From Macrostomum hystrix (Eukaryota > Animalia > Platyhelminthes), in assembly GCA_950097015.1 (NCBI GenBank), contig CATNEN010000024.1:5518001-5582000 (forward strand): 64,000 bases of DNA, read 5' to 3'. Under the pieces are notes generated by a model that was not told the origin of the DNA, did not search any database, and saw only the letters and a list, made by a program, of their open reading frames with translations. This document shows positions 36,216-48,003 of this stretch, one piece after another (positions within the stretch are counted from its first letter, which is position 1; the number at the start of each line of letters is the position of its first letter). The translations under genes and the position numbers were made by a program.

Positions 36216-38544
36216 TCAGCTGCAGAATTTCTGTGCCTTAGCTTCCTGTTCCCCCATATTTGCCAGATTTTGCCATAGACATAGATCCAAGTGTCAAGTC
36301 ACGGCAAAGCCACGTCAGCACAACTTTTTCACACTCAGAATGCACATGTGGCACGAATTCAAATGAAAAATTAATATAACGAACAGAAGTAGAACATTGC
36401 CATATATATATATATGTAAGTCAGTAAATCACATGATTTAAGATGGGTTGGCAAACTTATTAGCTAGCCAGCCAAAGAGAGAACCTATAAGATGAAAAGT
36501 GGCCACATTGTCCATAGAAAAAAAAGGTAAATGATAAAAAATTGGAAAGATGAGACAGAAAAGAGATGACAGGGGGTGATGAGGCACAGCATAGATAAGA
36601 CACATGAGAAATGAGACATAGGAGAGATAAGACATGGGAGAGATAAGAAACAAGAGATAGGACATGGGGGAGACAAGACCAAGGAGAGGCAAGTGAAAGA
36701 TAAAACAGGATACTGTAGGTGTTGGAGAAGGCAACAAGCCAGATTTAGGAGCTTCGAGGGTAGCATCTGGCCCATACATGCGCAACCTCCCAAATCTTAG
36801 CCGGCCTTGCGACTTAGTTTTTGCTCTCATTTGCGACTTAGTTCGTTTCATTGCTCTATTTACGACTTAGTTTGCTCTCATTTGCTCTCTTTTTCTCTCC
36901 CCTTTTTCTTTTTCTTCACGCCTTCCTTTTTTGTCCCTTGGTCCCCCCTTTGATTTTTTTGCGCTTGGTCGATTGGTTTTTGCGACTTACCTTGCTTGGC
37001 CCTCGTTTCACCCGGCTGGTTCGGCCGGCTCGGCCGGGTGTTGCGCATGTATGATCTGGCCCATGGGCTAGAGTTTGCCAACCCCTGATTTAAGAGATGG
37101 TACACAAATTTACAAATGTTTGATATGGATATAGATGGGAATAAGCTAGGGAAAATTTGGAGACATGGATAACCTATTATATAGTATAGAAACTGATGTA
37201 GACTTAGACTTTTTGAATACAAATTTGGACATGAAATGCTGTAAATATAGATAGAAAATAAGGTTATGGTGGACATGGAATTGTAAACCTAAAAATATGC
37301 TAAACGACTAGTTTAGTACAAAATCGAAATATTTTTCAAACTTTTCTGGGTTCTAATTAGCCATAATAGTTGACTGAAATGTTTATTTTCATTTTATATA
37401 TTTAAAAATACATATTTTATTTTGTAGAATAGTTAAATGATTCCCTTTTCTGACTTTAATCTGAGACTAATATATCAATGATTGGAAGAGAAAAGTTCTG
37501 AAGAAATTAAGTTGCATGTCGGTGTACAAAGTAAAGAGAATTTTTAGTATGCCATGTGTGTCATGTCAAGACCAAGTAGCTGCCACTGCCCCTCTAAATT
37601 ACTGTTTCATAATAGAGACCAGATGAAAAAATACACAATATGTTTGATATCTAGTCCAGAAACTGTAATAAAACTTTACACGACATTTTAAAAGAGTAAC
37701 AGCAATAATTGCGTCATAAATAACAAATGTAATAAATAAGTTCTATTTTGCAGAAACAAAAACTTTCAAATTTCCGCGCTTTTAATTCTTGGGCCGCGAT
37801 TTCGATCCGGGCGGTAGATAAATAAAACAAACTAATCATTCATAAACAGTCAACATAATTGTTATTCTCAAATGTACCATTGCATTTCAGAACAGAAAAC
37901 TAGGTTTATTTTTAGGGAATTCAAAATAAAATTGTTTACTTGTTATATAAAGCGTTAAGGTTTCTATGAATAATGTGATTTCTAACTTCTTTTATTCATG
38001 GTGAAGGTGTTGAAAGTGATTGTAGGTAAATGGAATTAGATTTATTCCGATTAAGTAATCGTGATTAAAACTTTAAATAAAATGTTTTTATTGCAAGTCC
38101 CTATTGTTACACTTATAATAGGGAAATCAAATTTGATGTCTAAACAACTTTGTTGCACAGGGCCTAGCTAGCAGACACAACAGAAGAATGTGAGCTGTGA
38201 GCACTAAACTGCGATAGAAGAAAAGTAAACAAAATTTTACCAAGCAATCCTTGTAATTTTACTTGAAGATCTATACTTATGTTACAGCCCTGGTAGTGAA
38301 TATTTATTTAGGTAGTTTGATTATTTGTGCAGTTAACTGAGTTATAACTTATAACTAAGTGCAATGACTTATATCTAAGTCAACTAAGTTATAAGGGGTT
38401 GTAGCGCTACCACGAGAACATCTATCATTTGTTATGATAAAATAATTAACAAGCTGCAAAAGGATAGTCATTCAGATTTGAAGTTTGTGTCTCAAATTAT
38501 TTTTGCTTAGCAGCTAATTAAAAAATTAAAACCATTTCCAGAAA

Positions 38545-39741
38545 GGCTATCCTGCATTTTCGTTCGTTAAATTATTTTTTCATGTGGAATTAATTTTACA
38601 TGATCTCACGAGTTCAGCACAGGCAATAAAAAATATTATGGGACATACAGAACACCCGAAAAGTTTAAGAAAGTTTGTTATAGTCAAGTCAGTTTAAACG
38701 TTAGTCTCCAGATTACAGTGGGTAGTAATGGGTCACCCAGTACAGAAAGTTGCCGAAATGATGCTCATTTGGGTAGAGCCGGCGCCACAGGAACTCCTGC
38801 AGGTGCGACTCGAAGAGCCCATTGCTGGTACCGTGCCCCTGACGCAGCTTGGCCTTGGAGTGCGCCCAGCTGCCCTCGATTGTGTTGGTGTGCACTGTCG
38901 GGTCCTGTGGGTCCACGAAATTGAGTCGATGGTTGACACTCGCATGGTTGAAGCCCATGGCAGCAAGGCCGTTGTACGATTGCCATCCGTCAGTGATGAC
39001 TCGGGAACCGGGCAGGATGTACTGCTGCAGAATAGGCAGCAGTGTTTCGGCGCGTCGATTCTGAACCACCACCATCATGCATTTGTTACTGCCATGCTCT
39101 ACCATTCCAAGCACCCAGTGGCCCTCACGATAGTTGCCAACATGGTACTTGCGGTGGAAGAATTTGCTCTCGTCCACCTCCACTTCAATGTTCAGGCCAC
39201 CAAGCTGCATTGGGTGGTCAATGAGTACCTGGGCACACACAGAAGTTGGCCCAGTCGACACTGGTATGCGGCTGCTGGATGTCACACTGCAGCATGATGT
39301 CCTTCAGTAGTGTCTTCAGTGCCCACCAGTACACAAAGTCCACCAGTTGGTTAAGCGCTAGGTGGCTTCTCTCGAAAAAGGAGCCCTTCCTTATGGACTC
39401 CTGGCCGTGACACTCCTTGCAAGCCCAAGCCCAGCCATCCACATACCGGTCACCCTGACGACGCTGAAGGCGCATTTGAGGTGCAGCAGGGCAATGGCAC
39501 CGACGCTCGTTTGACAGCAGCCGGTATTTGGCCAGCTAGCGCATCAGAGACAGTGTGTCAGTGGTCAAAAGAGCCAAGTCCCGCATCCTTATGAGCGGCA
39601 GGTCGCATAGTTCTGCAGTAGGTCTTATCTCAGCTGGTGGGATGATAGTAGTGGGAGCAGCTGGACGACCCGCCATGTGGATGTGCAGTGTGGCTGAAAA
39701 AAATGAAAAAATAATTTAACGAACGAAAATGCAGGATAGCC
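38545..39741 (-). mobile_element. Merlin-superfamily (IS1016/IS1595-related) DNA transposon, 1197 bp
   Basis: Perfect 39-bp TIRs (38545-38583 and 39703-39741) beginning GGCTATCC; 8-bp TSD TCCAGAAA at 38537-38544 and 39742-39749; ISXO2-like transposase inside. Confidence 0.95.
38713..39676 (-). pseudogene. Merlin DDE transposase with two lesions
   Basis: ATG 39676; in-frame TAG at 39538-39536 (LMR*LAKYRLL, probably Trp); frameshift near 39240. Catalytic motifs VEVDESKF, VITDGWQSY and HTNTIEGSW are intact. Confidence 0.88.
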
Positions 39742-40592
39742 TCCAGAAATTCCGTTGTTTCAGGGACTAACTTAGTTCAAGGGTATAGTTTGGTCTTTGT
39801 GAGGTCAAGACTCAAGATAGCTCTCAGTAGGGCAAGAGTTGTCTTTGGGAGGCTCGTTGCTCCTGCTTGTTGAAAGGGGAGAAATTAAGTCCTTGTGTGG
39901 TTAACTGGTTAGGGTAATGTATCATCAACCGAACAGTGTATCTTCAAAACCGAACAAGAATTTTGACTTCTTCCATGGTCTTGTGCAAGACAGAAACAAG
40001 CTATTGTGTTTCACAGAACAACTAATTTGAAAGTTGAAGAAATTATCTACAAGCTGAGGCATGATGTGCAATGAAGCATTAAGAGGAAAGAAAGATATTG
40101 ATGTTTCAGTAGAATTTTTTATTGCAAAAGCATACTTTTTAACAACATTTTTAGTATGTACTTTAGACGAAGATTGTATGTGGTTGCTTGCCAATTAAAT
40201 GACCATAATGTAGTTATTTATAAAGCATGAAAAATGCTTTCAAATTACATAATTCATGACAGTTCACTCCTTAAAATAAGATTAGGCCTAAACCACTCAC
40301 TCAAATTGTGAAACCAAACATCAAATTCTCTGTTTGGTTTGAAGATACATGAAAATCATTGTTCGGTTTTAGATAAAAAGCAGGAATAAATTTTTTTCTA
40401 TTTGATAAAATAGCAAAAGCAGATACTTTTTAGAAATATTTAACTGTTTTCTATAAATTGGCTTTTGATTTATCATCATATCTTAAATAGAAAATCTGTA
40501 CCATAGCTTAGGTTTGAAGTTAAAAAAATACACATTCTTGTTTGGTTGATGATACATTACCCTAACCAGATGAATAATCAAATGGCAGAGCT

Positions 40593-41472
40593 TATTCCCA
40601 TGGTCCCATGCCGATAATTTCAATTTTATCCACATGGATCTGTGCGATAATTTTCTGCTTATCCACATGGCAGCTTGTATGAATATGTCTATAACTCTGT
40701 ATATATGCCGTGCCATTAATTTCAATTTTATCCACACTGAGCCATGCCGATAATTTTCTGCTTATCCACATAGCAGCTTCTATGAATAGGTCTACAACTC
40801 TTTATATATGCCATGCCATTAATTTCAATTTTATCCACAGTGAGCCATGCCGATAATTTTCTGCTTATCCACATGGCAGCTTGTAATAATAGGTCTAAAA
40901 CTCTATATAAATATGCTGTGCCATTAATTTCAATTTTATCCACACAGTTCTGTTCTTTGAAACAAGGCCCTTTCGGGTTTGAACATTTTTTTGAACAGTC
41001 AAGCCAATAGATCAACAAAGTTGCCAGTGTGTTACGGCAGTGTTCTACATTTTGACCTACACATTCGTCATTCATTAACTGATATTAATGTCATTCTTTT
41101 TAATTATTATAATAACAACTTACTAAATCTTTTGTCATCATTACATGTTTTCATTCGAATTGTATGGACTTAAAAAGTAAGAACTAAGAAGTGTTTCAAA
41201 GAAAATCATACAAGTCAACCAGCAGATTTCTAGTCAGCACCAAACTTGTCACACATATTATACATCATTGTTATTCTTTTATACTAGGCCTATGCATTGA
41301 TAGTGTACACTATACACTATACTCTGAAGTAAAAGCCTTATGCTAAGAGAAGAATAGGTAGGGACTTGAAGGTAGACCTATTCATACAAGCTGCCGTGTG
41401 GATAAGCAGAAAATTATTGGCATGGATCCGTGTGGATAAAATTGAAATTATCGGCATGGGACCATGGGAATA
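40593..41472. mobile_element. Foldback/MITE-like element with inverted arms of about 100 bp and an internal triple tandem of about 102 bp
   Basis: 40593-40691 (TATTCCCATGGTCCCATGCCGATAATTTCAATTTTATCCACA...) is the reverse complement of 41375-41472 with few mismatches. No clean TSD seen. Confidence 0.6.
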
Positions 41473-42726
41473 GCATTTCCTAATCAAATGGCTATTTGTC
41501 CAGATAAATATCAACTACCATTTATTTATGCTTAGGGGCCTACTGAAAACTTTTATTTATGGGACTTTTCTATTATATCTTTGGATGACCCTTTGCTATA
41601 TATAAGTCAATTTATTAAGTCACTTTAACTATAACTTTAATCACAGTATTTCAAATAGAATAAAATAAAATACTTAGGTAGTGAGGTAGGTAGTGATATT
41701 GTAGGTAGGTTGTAGGTAGTATCAAGGTAGTGAAATTGTGTCAGGGCAGCTAGACACATTTTTATATTAGGCCTATGCCTATGCACTAGTTTTGGGGATT
41801 CCAGTCATACTTGGGATACCAATGGACTAGATTTGCCTAGTCAATTGCCATGTTTTTTTAAAACTCCCTATCTATTGGTTCCTCTCAGGAATTTTGTGTA
41901 TTTATTTAATGCTCAGAATGAGATATATGTATTGAATTGATCATAGGTAAATAAATATAACAAATTGTTGAACTCAACACTTTTACTTTTTAAAAAGCAA
42001 TTTTCTGGTGTATCATTTTCCATTATCAAAATTACAATCTTCCAAAACGGTAAAATTGACTCTACAAGAAATGGACTGAATTAACCAAGTCATATCCAAA
42101 CCAAGAACAGAAAATTAGTTGGTTAGCTTTTGACTAAAAGTAGCTTGTATATATATAGTGATTTAATGAGGAGTTTAGAGTGTATTTATACAATATTTGG
42201 TGCATTAAACAAATACTATGAATTTTGTTATTTAAGTATAACTTGCAAAAATATTTTATAATATTAGGCCTATCTTAATAGGATTCCCTATTAAGAATTA
42301 ATATGAGTATTTTTGAAGACAATGTAATTAAAATGTTTCATATAAGTGACAAAAAGTGGAAGACTGAAAGGCAAAATTCAAAAGATAAACAAAACATTTG
42401 CTCACACAAAGTTAAAGCTGCTAAAAATAGACAACGCATATAAGCAAAAGAAACTGTTTAAAACTTGTAAATATTGTAACATGGCTTAACACTCCATCTT
42501 CCTCTCCCTTGGTAGCATATCACTTGGCACGAATTTATCCTTCTAAGGCAGTTGTCTCTTATTCTCCAGTCTTTGCTGGGCATTCATCCAGAATTAAAGG
42601 GTCTTGACTTGACTTACTTGACTTAGCGGCAGGGGGCCTCCATGACGGACGCAGCGAGGAGGCGGCTGTTGCCGCCCATATCGCTAACCCCTGGCAGCCA
42701 GACTGCCTCCAGCGAGGCGGTGCCGC

Positions 42727-45700
42727 TCAGGGTGGTCCGTCGGTCGGTTCCGCCGCGCGATCTTCCTCGCCATAGGCTGGGAAGAAATCAGCTCGGCCGG
42801 TATCCCGGAGGAAGTGGGCGAGCTGAGGGATGTTCTCGGGCGAGCAGGCTTCGGCAAGAGTCGGTGCCGGCCCGAGGTGTTTTAGCCTAGCCCGGGTGAA
42901 GGCCGGGCAGTGGCAAATGAAATGCTCGGCGTTTTCACGGCCGGAGCAGCAGAAAGGACACGTTTCCTCAGGCACGTGGCCTTGGAGGTAGCGGTGTCTG
43001 GTGAAGCAGCCATGTCCCGAAAGGGCCATGGTGACTGCTCTCAGGTCTCTGCGGTTTAGCCTGAGTAAGGCCTTACGCAGGTTACTAGAGGGGGTTGGCA
43101 CCGCAGCCCTGGACTGGCGACAGTTCAGGGTGCTGGACCACCTCCTCCGGTGCTGGGTCTCCATCCAGTGGTTGATGCTGGAGTTGACAACGGAGGCGGG
43201 GATCGGGGATTCCGGGCCCGGGCCCATCAGGGAGCTGGCTGCTCCAGCCTTTGCAAGCTCGTCCGCCATCTCATTCCCTGTGAGCCCGGCGTGCCCAGGG
43301 ATCCACATCAGCTCCACCTTGTTAGACTGCGCCAAACCATTTAACTGGTTGTTGCAGTCCAAGGTGGTTCTGGAGCGAGAGGTGCAGCGACTGAGGGCCT
43401 TGAGGGTTGCTTGACTGTCGGAGTGAAAAAAGATCCTCCGACCAGCCAGCTGCCTCTGGCGCAGCTCAGCCGCACAGAAGCTGATGGCGAGCATTTCGTT
43501 TTGGAAAACGCTTGAGCTCTTGCCACAGTGTTGGGAGTGGGTCCAGAGGACCTCGCCACCCGAGGCGACGCACACCCCGAATCCCGATTTACCGTTCATC
43601 AGGGAGCCGTCAGTGTAACAGTGGACTGCGGGGTCATCCCAGCAGTCCTTTACCTCATTACGAGGGAAGATGCTGACTTTGTACCTGTGGCTCCGGAGTA
43701 AAGTGGCCGGGGCCCCGTCCGAAAGGATGGTGAGCCCTCCGCACTCGCCCAGAGTTTTCAGGCAGAGGTCAGAGTGGGGCAGAAGGGAGCGCTTCGAGAA
43801 GGCTCGCGAATTCTGGAAGGATACACCCGCATCAAGGAGACGACGGGTGGACTTTGCCGCTTCCCCCTTAACAAAAATGTCAATGGGTGTAGCGTTGAGG
43901 AAAGCGTTCATGCCTTCAAAGGGAGTGGAGGGTGGGGCGCCCAGCGTCATGCGACAGGCTCTGCCCTGCACCCTATAAAGCGCCTCCAGGTTTTTCTGGA
44001 TGCTCATGGCACTGGCCCAGATGAGGCCAGCGTAAGCGACTGACGGTCTAATGATCGCCGTGTAAATCCACCAAAGGTTTTTGGGGGTTAGCCCCCAAGT
44101 GGTGCCCACGGCTCGCCTGACTTGCGCCAGAATGGCCAGGGCCCTCTTGGCCTTTGTGGTAATGTGCGGGGTCCAGTTAAGCCTATGGTCTAGCAGGATA
44201 CCAAGGCACCGGACCTGCTTTTCCATGGCAATATTCTTGCCATAGAGAGTCAGAGGCTCAATGGTCCAGCGCAGCCTGCTGGTAAACATAACCGCAACGG
44301 TCTTGGACTCAGAGAGTCGGAGCCCGCATTGGTCCGCCCAGCGCACCGCCCTGTTGATAAAGCCCTGAATGAGGTCCCTGGTGGTTTCCGCCGAGGGGCC
44401 CGCGCAGATGGCGGTCACATCGTCGGCATATCCCACCTTCAGGACTGGGTCAGGCCGAGTGCTTTTTAGCAGCTCATCCATGACGAGATTCCACAGCAGT
44501 GGGGTGAGGACGCCACCTTGGGGCCCTCCTTTTAGGACAGGTGCCGAGAGCACCCTGCCTTCGAGGTGGGCCACCACGTGGCGATTCCGGATCATGTACA
44601 TGACCCAACGGACGAGGTGGGGGTGAGTGGCCCTGGAAACCAGGGCCTTCTCAAAGGCTTCGAAAATAACGTTATCGAAGGCCCCCTCAATATCAAGGAA
44701 AACAGCCAGGGCAAAACCGCTGCCCAGCACTGCCTTCTCGAGAGTCTCCACAATGCAGTGGAGGGCGCTCTCCGTGGACCGGCCCGCCCGAAAGGCGTGC
44801 TGGTTTGGTGAGAGCGGGGCCCGCCCTAGCTCTACCGTAAGAAGGCGCCAGAGCACCAGTCTTTCCATGAGCTTGAGGCAGGTGGAAGTCAAGCTTATCG
44901 GGCGATAAGACTTGACCGAGCGATAGTCGCCTTTGGCGGGCTTCGGGATGAAGACGACCCGGGCTTCATGCCACCGCGCTGGTACGTAGCCCAGCACGAT
45001 GCAGGCCCGTAGAAGTCTGCAGAGGAGATGGAGGAAGCGGCCATTTTTAACCGCTTCATGCAGAAAGGCCGGATATATACCATCTGGCCCAGGTGCTTTA
45101 AAAGGATTGAATGACTTAGCCGCGCGAACGATGCGGTCATTCGTAACGAGTGACTGAGCCAGGCCCTGACCTCCACGCGAGTGGTCGTCTGGGCCGAAGT
45201 GCGCCGGTACACTCGGGAAGAAATGCCCTAGCATAAGCTCGAGCGTTTCCTCCGGGCGCTCAGTGATCGAGCCGTCCGGCTTTTTAATCGATGAGAGCTT
45301 GGAGAAGCGGTCGTTGGTGAGCGCCTTTACCACGCGGGCCGTGGGCCGCGAGCCCTCAAGCCCTTCGCAGTATTGTCGCCACTTGTCCGCTTTTGCCCTT
45401 CTGACCCGGCCCTTAAACTCATGGATGGCGCGAGTATAGGCCTCTTTGTCATCAGGGTCGTGCGAGGTTTTCAGCTTCCTCTGGAGAGCCTTAGCTCGGC
45501 GTCTTAGGACTCCGAGCTCGGGGTTCCACCAGGGGGCCGATTTTTTGCCTTTGTAGGCTTTGAGCGGGCAAGCCATTTCGTAGGCCTCTGTGATGGCGCC
45601 GCCCAGCAGGGCAGCCACTCCATCCAGGTCCTGCGTGGTTTCCATGGCCATGGAGGGGTCAGAATCCCGAAGGCCCTCATGCAGCTTTTGGCTGAACGCG

Positions 45701-46431
45701 GGCCAGTCGGTATTTCTGACATTACGCCTCCAAATAGGCTTTTGCTTCTTATCGGGGGTGCCGATGTTGAAACGGATGAAACGGTGGTCCGAGAGCGAGC
45801 TTTCGGTCTCCCACACCTCCCACCCCAGCACCCTTGGGAGGATGCCGGGTGAGGCCAGGGTGACGTCAAGCACCTCAGCCCACCGCCCATTGTCGAAAGT
45901 GGGCGTGTTGCCCACATTGCAGAAGTTTAGAGGCGTGCCGCTGACGAAGGCCAGGAGCTCTTCGCCGCGGTCATTGATTTTTGAGCTACCCCAGTGGGTG
46001 TGATGCGAGTTTACATCTCCCGCGAGGAGCAGCTCGAAGTTTCGTGCCCTGGCGAATTCACAGAGGGCGACGAGGGTATCGCTAACCACGGGGGCGTCGC
46101 CTGCCAGGTAGGCGGATGCCACGAGGGTCAACTTGTTAGGCACAATGTGTGCAGATTGGATGACGCAGATGTCCCCGTTAGAGAGATCGGGTCTCATCCA
46201 CGCATTTAAGGCTTTTGCGGCATAGATCAGTGATCTAGGGCGGACAGAGTCTGCCATGCAGAAGCAGTCATAGCCAGCAGGAATGTTGCTTGGCTTGTTC
46301 TTTGATAGCCAGGGCTCCTGCACAAGTACAAGGCCCGGCATCATGCGCTCTGTCGTGCGCATCAGATTGACTGATGCTGCCACGCAGTGCTGGGTGTTAA
46401 CTTGCAGACATGATATTCCGGGGATCATCAT
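42727..46431 (-). CDS. LINE ORF2: APE endonuclease, reverse transcriptase, RNase H, C-terminal CCHC finger (1234 aa)
   Basis: LVQEPW, GDVNSHH and SDHRFI (APE); [30 protein letters not shown] (RT); [34 protein letters not shown] (RNase H); CPFC...EHFICHCP. Confidence 0.96.
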   Translation of the reverse strand: MMIPGISCLQVNTQHCVAASVNLMRTTERMMPGLVLVQEPWLSKNKPSNIPAGYDCFCMADSVRPRSLIYAAKALNAWMRPDLSNGDICVIQSAHIVPNKLTLVASAYLAGDAPVVSDTLVALCEFARARNFELLLAGDVNSHHTHWGSSKINDRGEELLAFVSGTPLNFCNVGNTPTFDNGRWAEVLDVTLASPGILPRVLGWEVWETESSLSDHRFIRFNIGTPDKKQKPIWRRNVRNTDWPAFSQKLHEGLRDSDPSMAMETTQDLDGVAALLGGAITEAYEMACPLKAYKGKKSAPWWNPELGVLRRRAKALQRKLKTSHDPDDKEAYTRAIHEFKGRVRRAKADKWRQYCEGLEGSRPTARVVKALTNDRFSKLSSIKKPDGSITERPEETLELMLGHFFPSVPAHFGPDDHSRGGQGLAQSLVTNDRIVRAAKSFNPFKAPGPDGIYPAFLHEAVKNGRFLHLLCRLLRACIVLGYVPARWHEARVVFIPKPAKGDYRSVKSYRPISLTSTCLKLMERLVLWRLLTVELGRAPLSPNQHAFRAGRSTESALHCIVETLEKAVLGSGFALAVFLDIEGAFDNVIFEAFEKALVSRATHPHLVRWVMYMIRNRHVVAHLEGRVLSAPVLKGGPQGGVLTPLLWNLVMDELLKSTRPDPVLKVGYADDVTAICAGPSAETTRDLIQGFINRAVRWADQCGLRLSESKTVAVMFTSRLRWTIEPLTLYGKNIAMEKQVRCLGILLDHRLNWTPHITTKAKRALAILAQVRRAVGTTWGLTPKNLWWIYTAIIRPSVAYAGLIWASAMSIQKNLEALYRVQGRACRMTLGAPPSTPFEGMNAFLNATPIDIFVKGEAAKSTRRLLDAGVSFQNSRAFSKRSLLPHSDLCLKTLGECGGLTILSDGAPATLLRSHRYKVSIFPRNEVKDCWDDPAVHCYTDGSLMNGKSGFGVCVASGGEVLWTHSQHCGKSSSVFQNEMLAISFCAAELRQRQLAGRRIFFHSDSQATLKALSRCTSRSRTTLDCNNQLNGLAQSNKVELMWIPGHAGLTGNEMADELAKAGAASSLMGPGPESPIPASVVNSSINHWMETQHRRRWSSTLNCRQSRAAVPTPSSNLRKALLRLNRRDLRAVTMALSGHGCFTRHRYLQGHVPEETCPFCCSGRENAEHFICHCPAFTRARLKHLGPAPTLAEACSPENIPQLAHFLRDTGRADFFPAYGEEDRAAEPTDGPP

Positions 46432-46443
46432 GCAGGCAGAGGT

Positions 46444-48003
46444 CTACTTGGAGGGGGACCCAGCCAGAAGGCGGTCCTCCTCCTCCGGGTCGATGTCGGT
46501 AGCCATGGGCTCCTCCGTGCCCAGGCCCCGAGCCGGAGACGGGAACTCGACGGCGTCAGCCGCCCAGTCCCCGCCCCCGGCCCCGAGCCCAGGCCCAGAG
46601 TCGCCCTCAACTGGAGCCGACACCGCTCCCTGGGCCGTGGGAGGGGCGCTCGAAGGGCCCTGCTCGATGGAGCTGGGCACCTCTGAGGCCTCCCCCGTAG
46701 CCCTTGGTTGCGGCGCCTGCCCCGGTGGGCCACCGCGCATCTCAGCGCGCAGCTGGGCCATCTTGGCGGTTCGCACCACCTCGGAGGCCCGCTGGAGAAG
46801 GCCCCGGCGCTTTGTGACACGCGCGGGGCGACGCTCAGAGCTGCCAGCGATGGCACGCTCTGGCCTTTTTTGGCGGGACGACTGGGCCCTGCCCCCAGTC
46901 CCAGCCTTGGGGTCCGAGGACCCTTCATTGGCCGGTACGGTGGTGGGCCCGGTCTGACCTCGGGTTTTATCCGCCTCGAAGGCGAAGATTTTGGTCTTCC
47001 ACAGACCAATGCAAATGTTGGCGCCATCTGGGTAGCGGCGTGTCCATTGCTCGGACAGGCCCAGAATGGCGGTGAAACCGGTGCCGTCGGGGCGCAGGAT
47101 CGTGCGGTGCACGATCAGGCCCGCTGTCGGCAGCTCCCGGTTCATCGCGATGAGGCCCCTGCGGAGGTCCTCAGCGCTGGTGACGACACTTTTCGCCGGG
47201 ACGAAGATACGGTGTCGCTTGGTCTTTGGTGGCTCGTTCTCCCGTAGGAACTCGAGGCCAGCCGCCCAGCTCTGCGTGGGCAGCAACTCGAGGAGCCGCC
47301 GCCCCGATTCCGCATCGCCGGGCCAGACGACGAAGCACGATTCCCTGGTAGCGCTTGCGCCGACCGCCAGGGGCTCGCCCTTCAGTTGAAGTTGCCACAA
47401 CATAGCATCTATGTTGCGGCAAATGTCGCTGAGCTGTTCGCTGCTCAGCCTTTTCCCGTCTCTGCCGGTGATGATGACGGCAGGTTGCCTACGTGCGATG
47501 GCGGCGTAGGTAGCTTGTGGTCCCGGGCCCTGTCCGGTGGCGTCCCCACCCTCGGGATCTGCGTCGGCGGTGGGCACAGGGCCCTCCGCCTCCGCTTCTC
47601 CTTCGGGCCGGGCAGCCGTCCGGATGGGCGCCGGGCCCTCCTTGGCCCGCGACCCTGGCCTCGGGGCGTCGTGGGCTCCGCCCCGTGCAGGAGCCTGGGC
47701 AGGAGGCACAAGGCCCCCCGCCCCAGCCCCCGCCCTAGGCAGAGCCCCTTCGGCCCCTCTGGCCTGGGCCTGGTCCTTGGTCAATGGAGCCGACGTGCCG
47801 TGGGCCAGCATGCGCCTACGGCGTTTTGCCGCTCCAGAGGTGGTGGAGCGCTTAGCGCCCCGGTCATCGCGCGAGTTGGGCAGCGCGGCATTTGTGGCGG
47901 TCGCGGGGCCAGCTAGCCCGGGCGCCGCAGCGTGTATGGCCTCAGGCACCATGGTGTCCTCGGCCGGAGCAGTTGAAGGGCTAGAAGCCATTGAAAGCTG
48001 CAA
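46444..48003 (-). CDS. LINE ORF1 (519 aa, putative nucleic-acid chaperone)
   Basis: Long ORF ending 12 nt before ORF2, inside the TSD-bounded element; Ala/Pro-rich ends and a globular middle; no zinc knuckle recognised. Confidence 0.8.
   Translation of the reverse strand: MQLSMASSPSTAPAEDTMVPEAIHAAAPGLAGPATATNAALPNSRDDRGAKRSTTSGAAKRRRRMLAHGTSAPLTKDQAQARGAEGALPRAGAGAGGLVPPAQAPARGGAHDAPRPGSRAKEGPAPIRTAARPEGEAEAEGPVPTADADPEGGDATGQGPGPQATYAAIARRQPAVIITGRDGKRLSSEQLSDICRNIDAMLWQLQLKGEPLAVGASATRESCFVVWPGDAESGRRLLELLPTQSWAAGLEFLRENEPPKTKRHRIFVPAKSVVTSAEDLRRGLIAMNRELPTAGLIVHRTILRPDGTGFTAILGLSEQWTRRYPDGANICIGLWKTKIFAFEADKTRGQTGPTTVPANEGSSDPKAGTGGRAQSSRQKRPERAIAGSSERRPARVTKRRGLLQRASEVVRTAKMAQLRAEMRGGPPGQAPQPRATGEASEVPSSIEQGPSSAPPTAQGAVSAPVEGDSGPGLGAGGGDWAADAVEFPSPARGLGTEEPMATDIDPEEEDRLLAGSPSK

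Noticed and set aside
40620-41440. About nine TTATCCACA (DnaA-box consensus) motifs suggesting a bacterial oriC
   Set aside because: They arise from tandem and inverted duplication of one unit in a eukaryotic repeat; there are no bacterial genes nearby.
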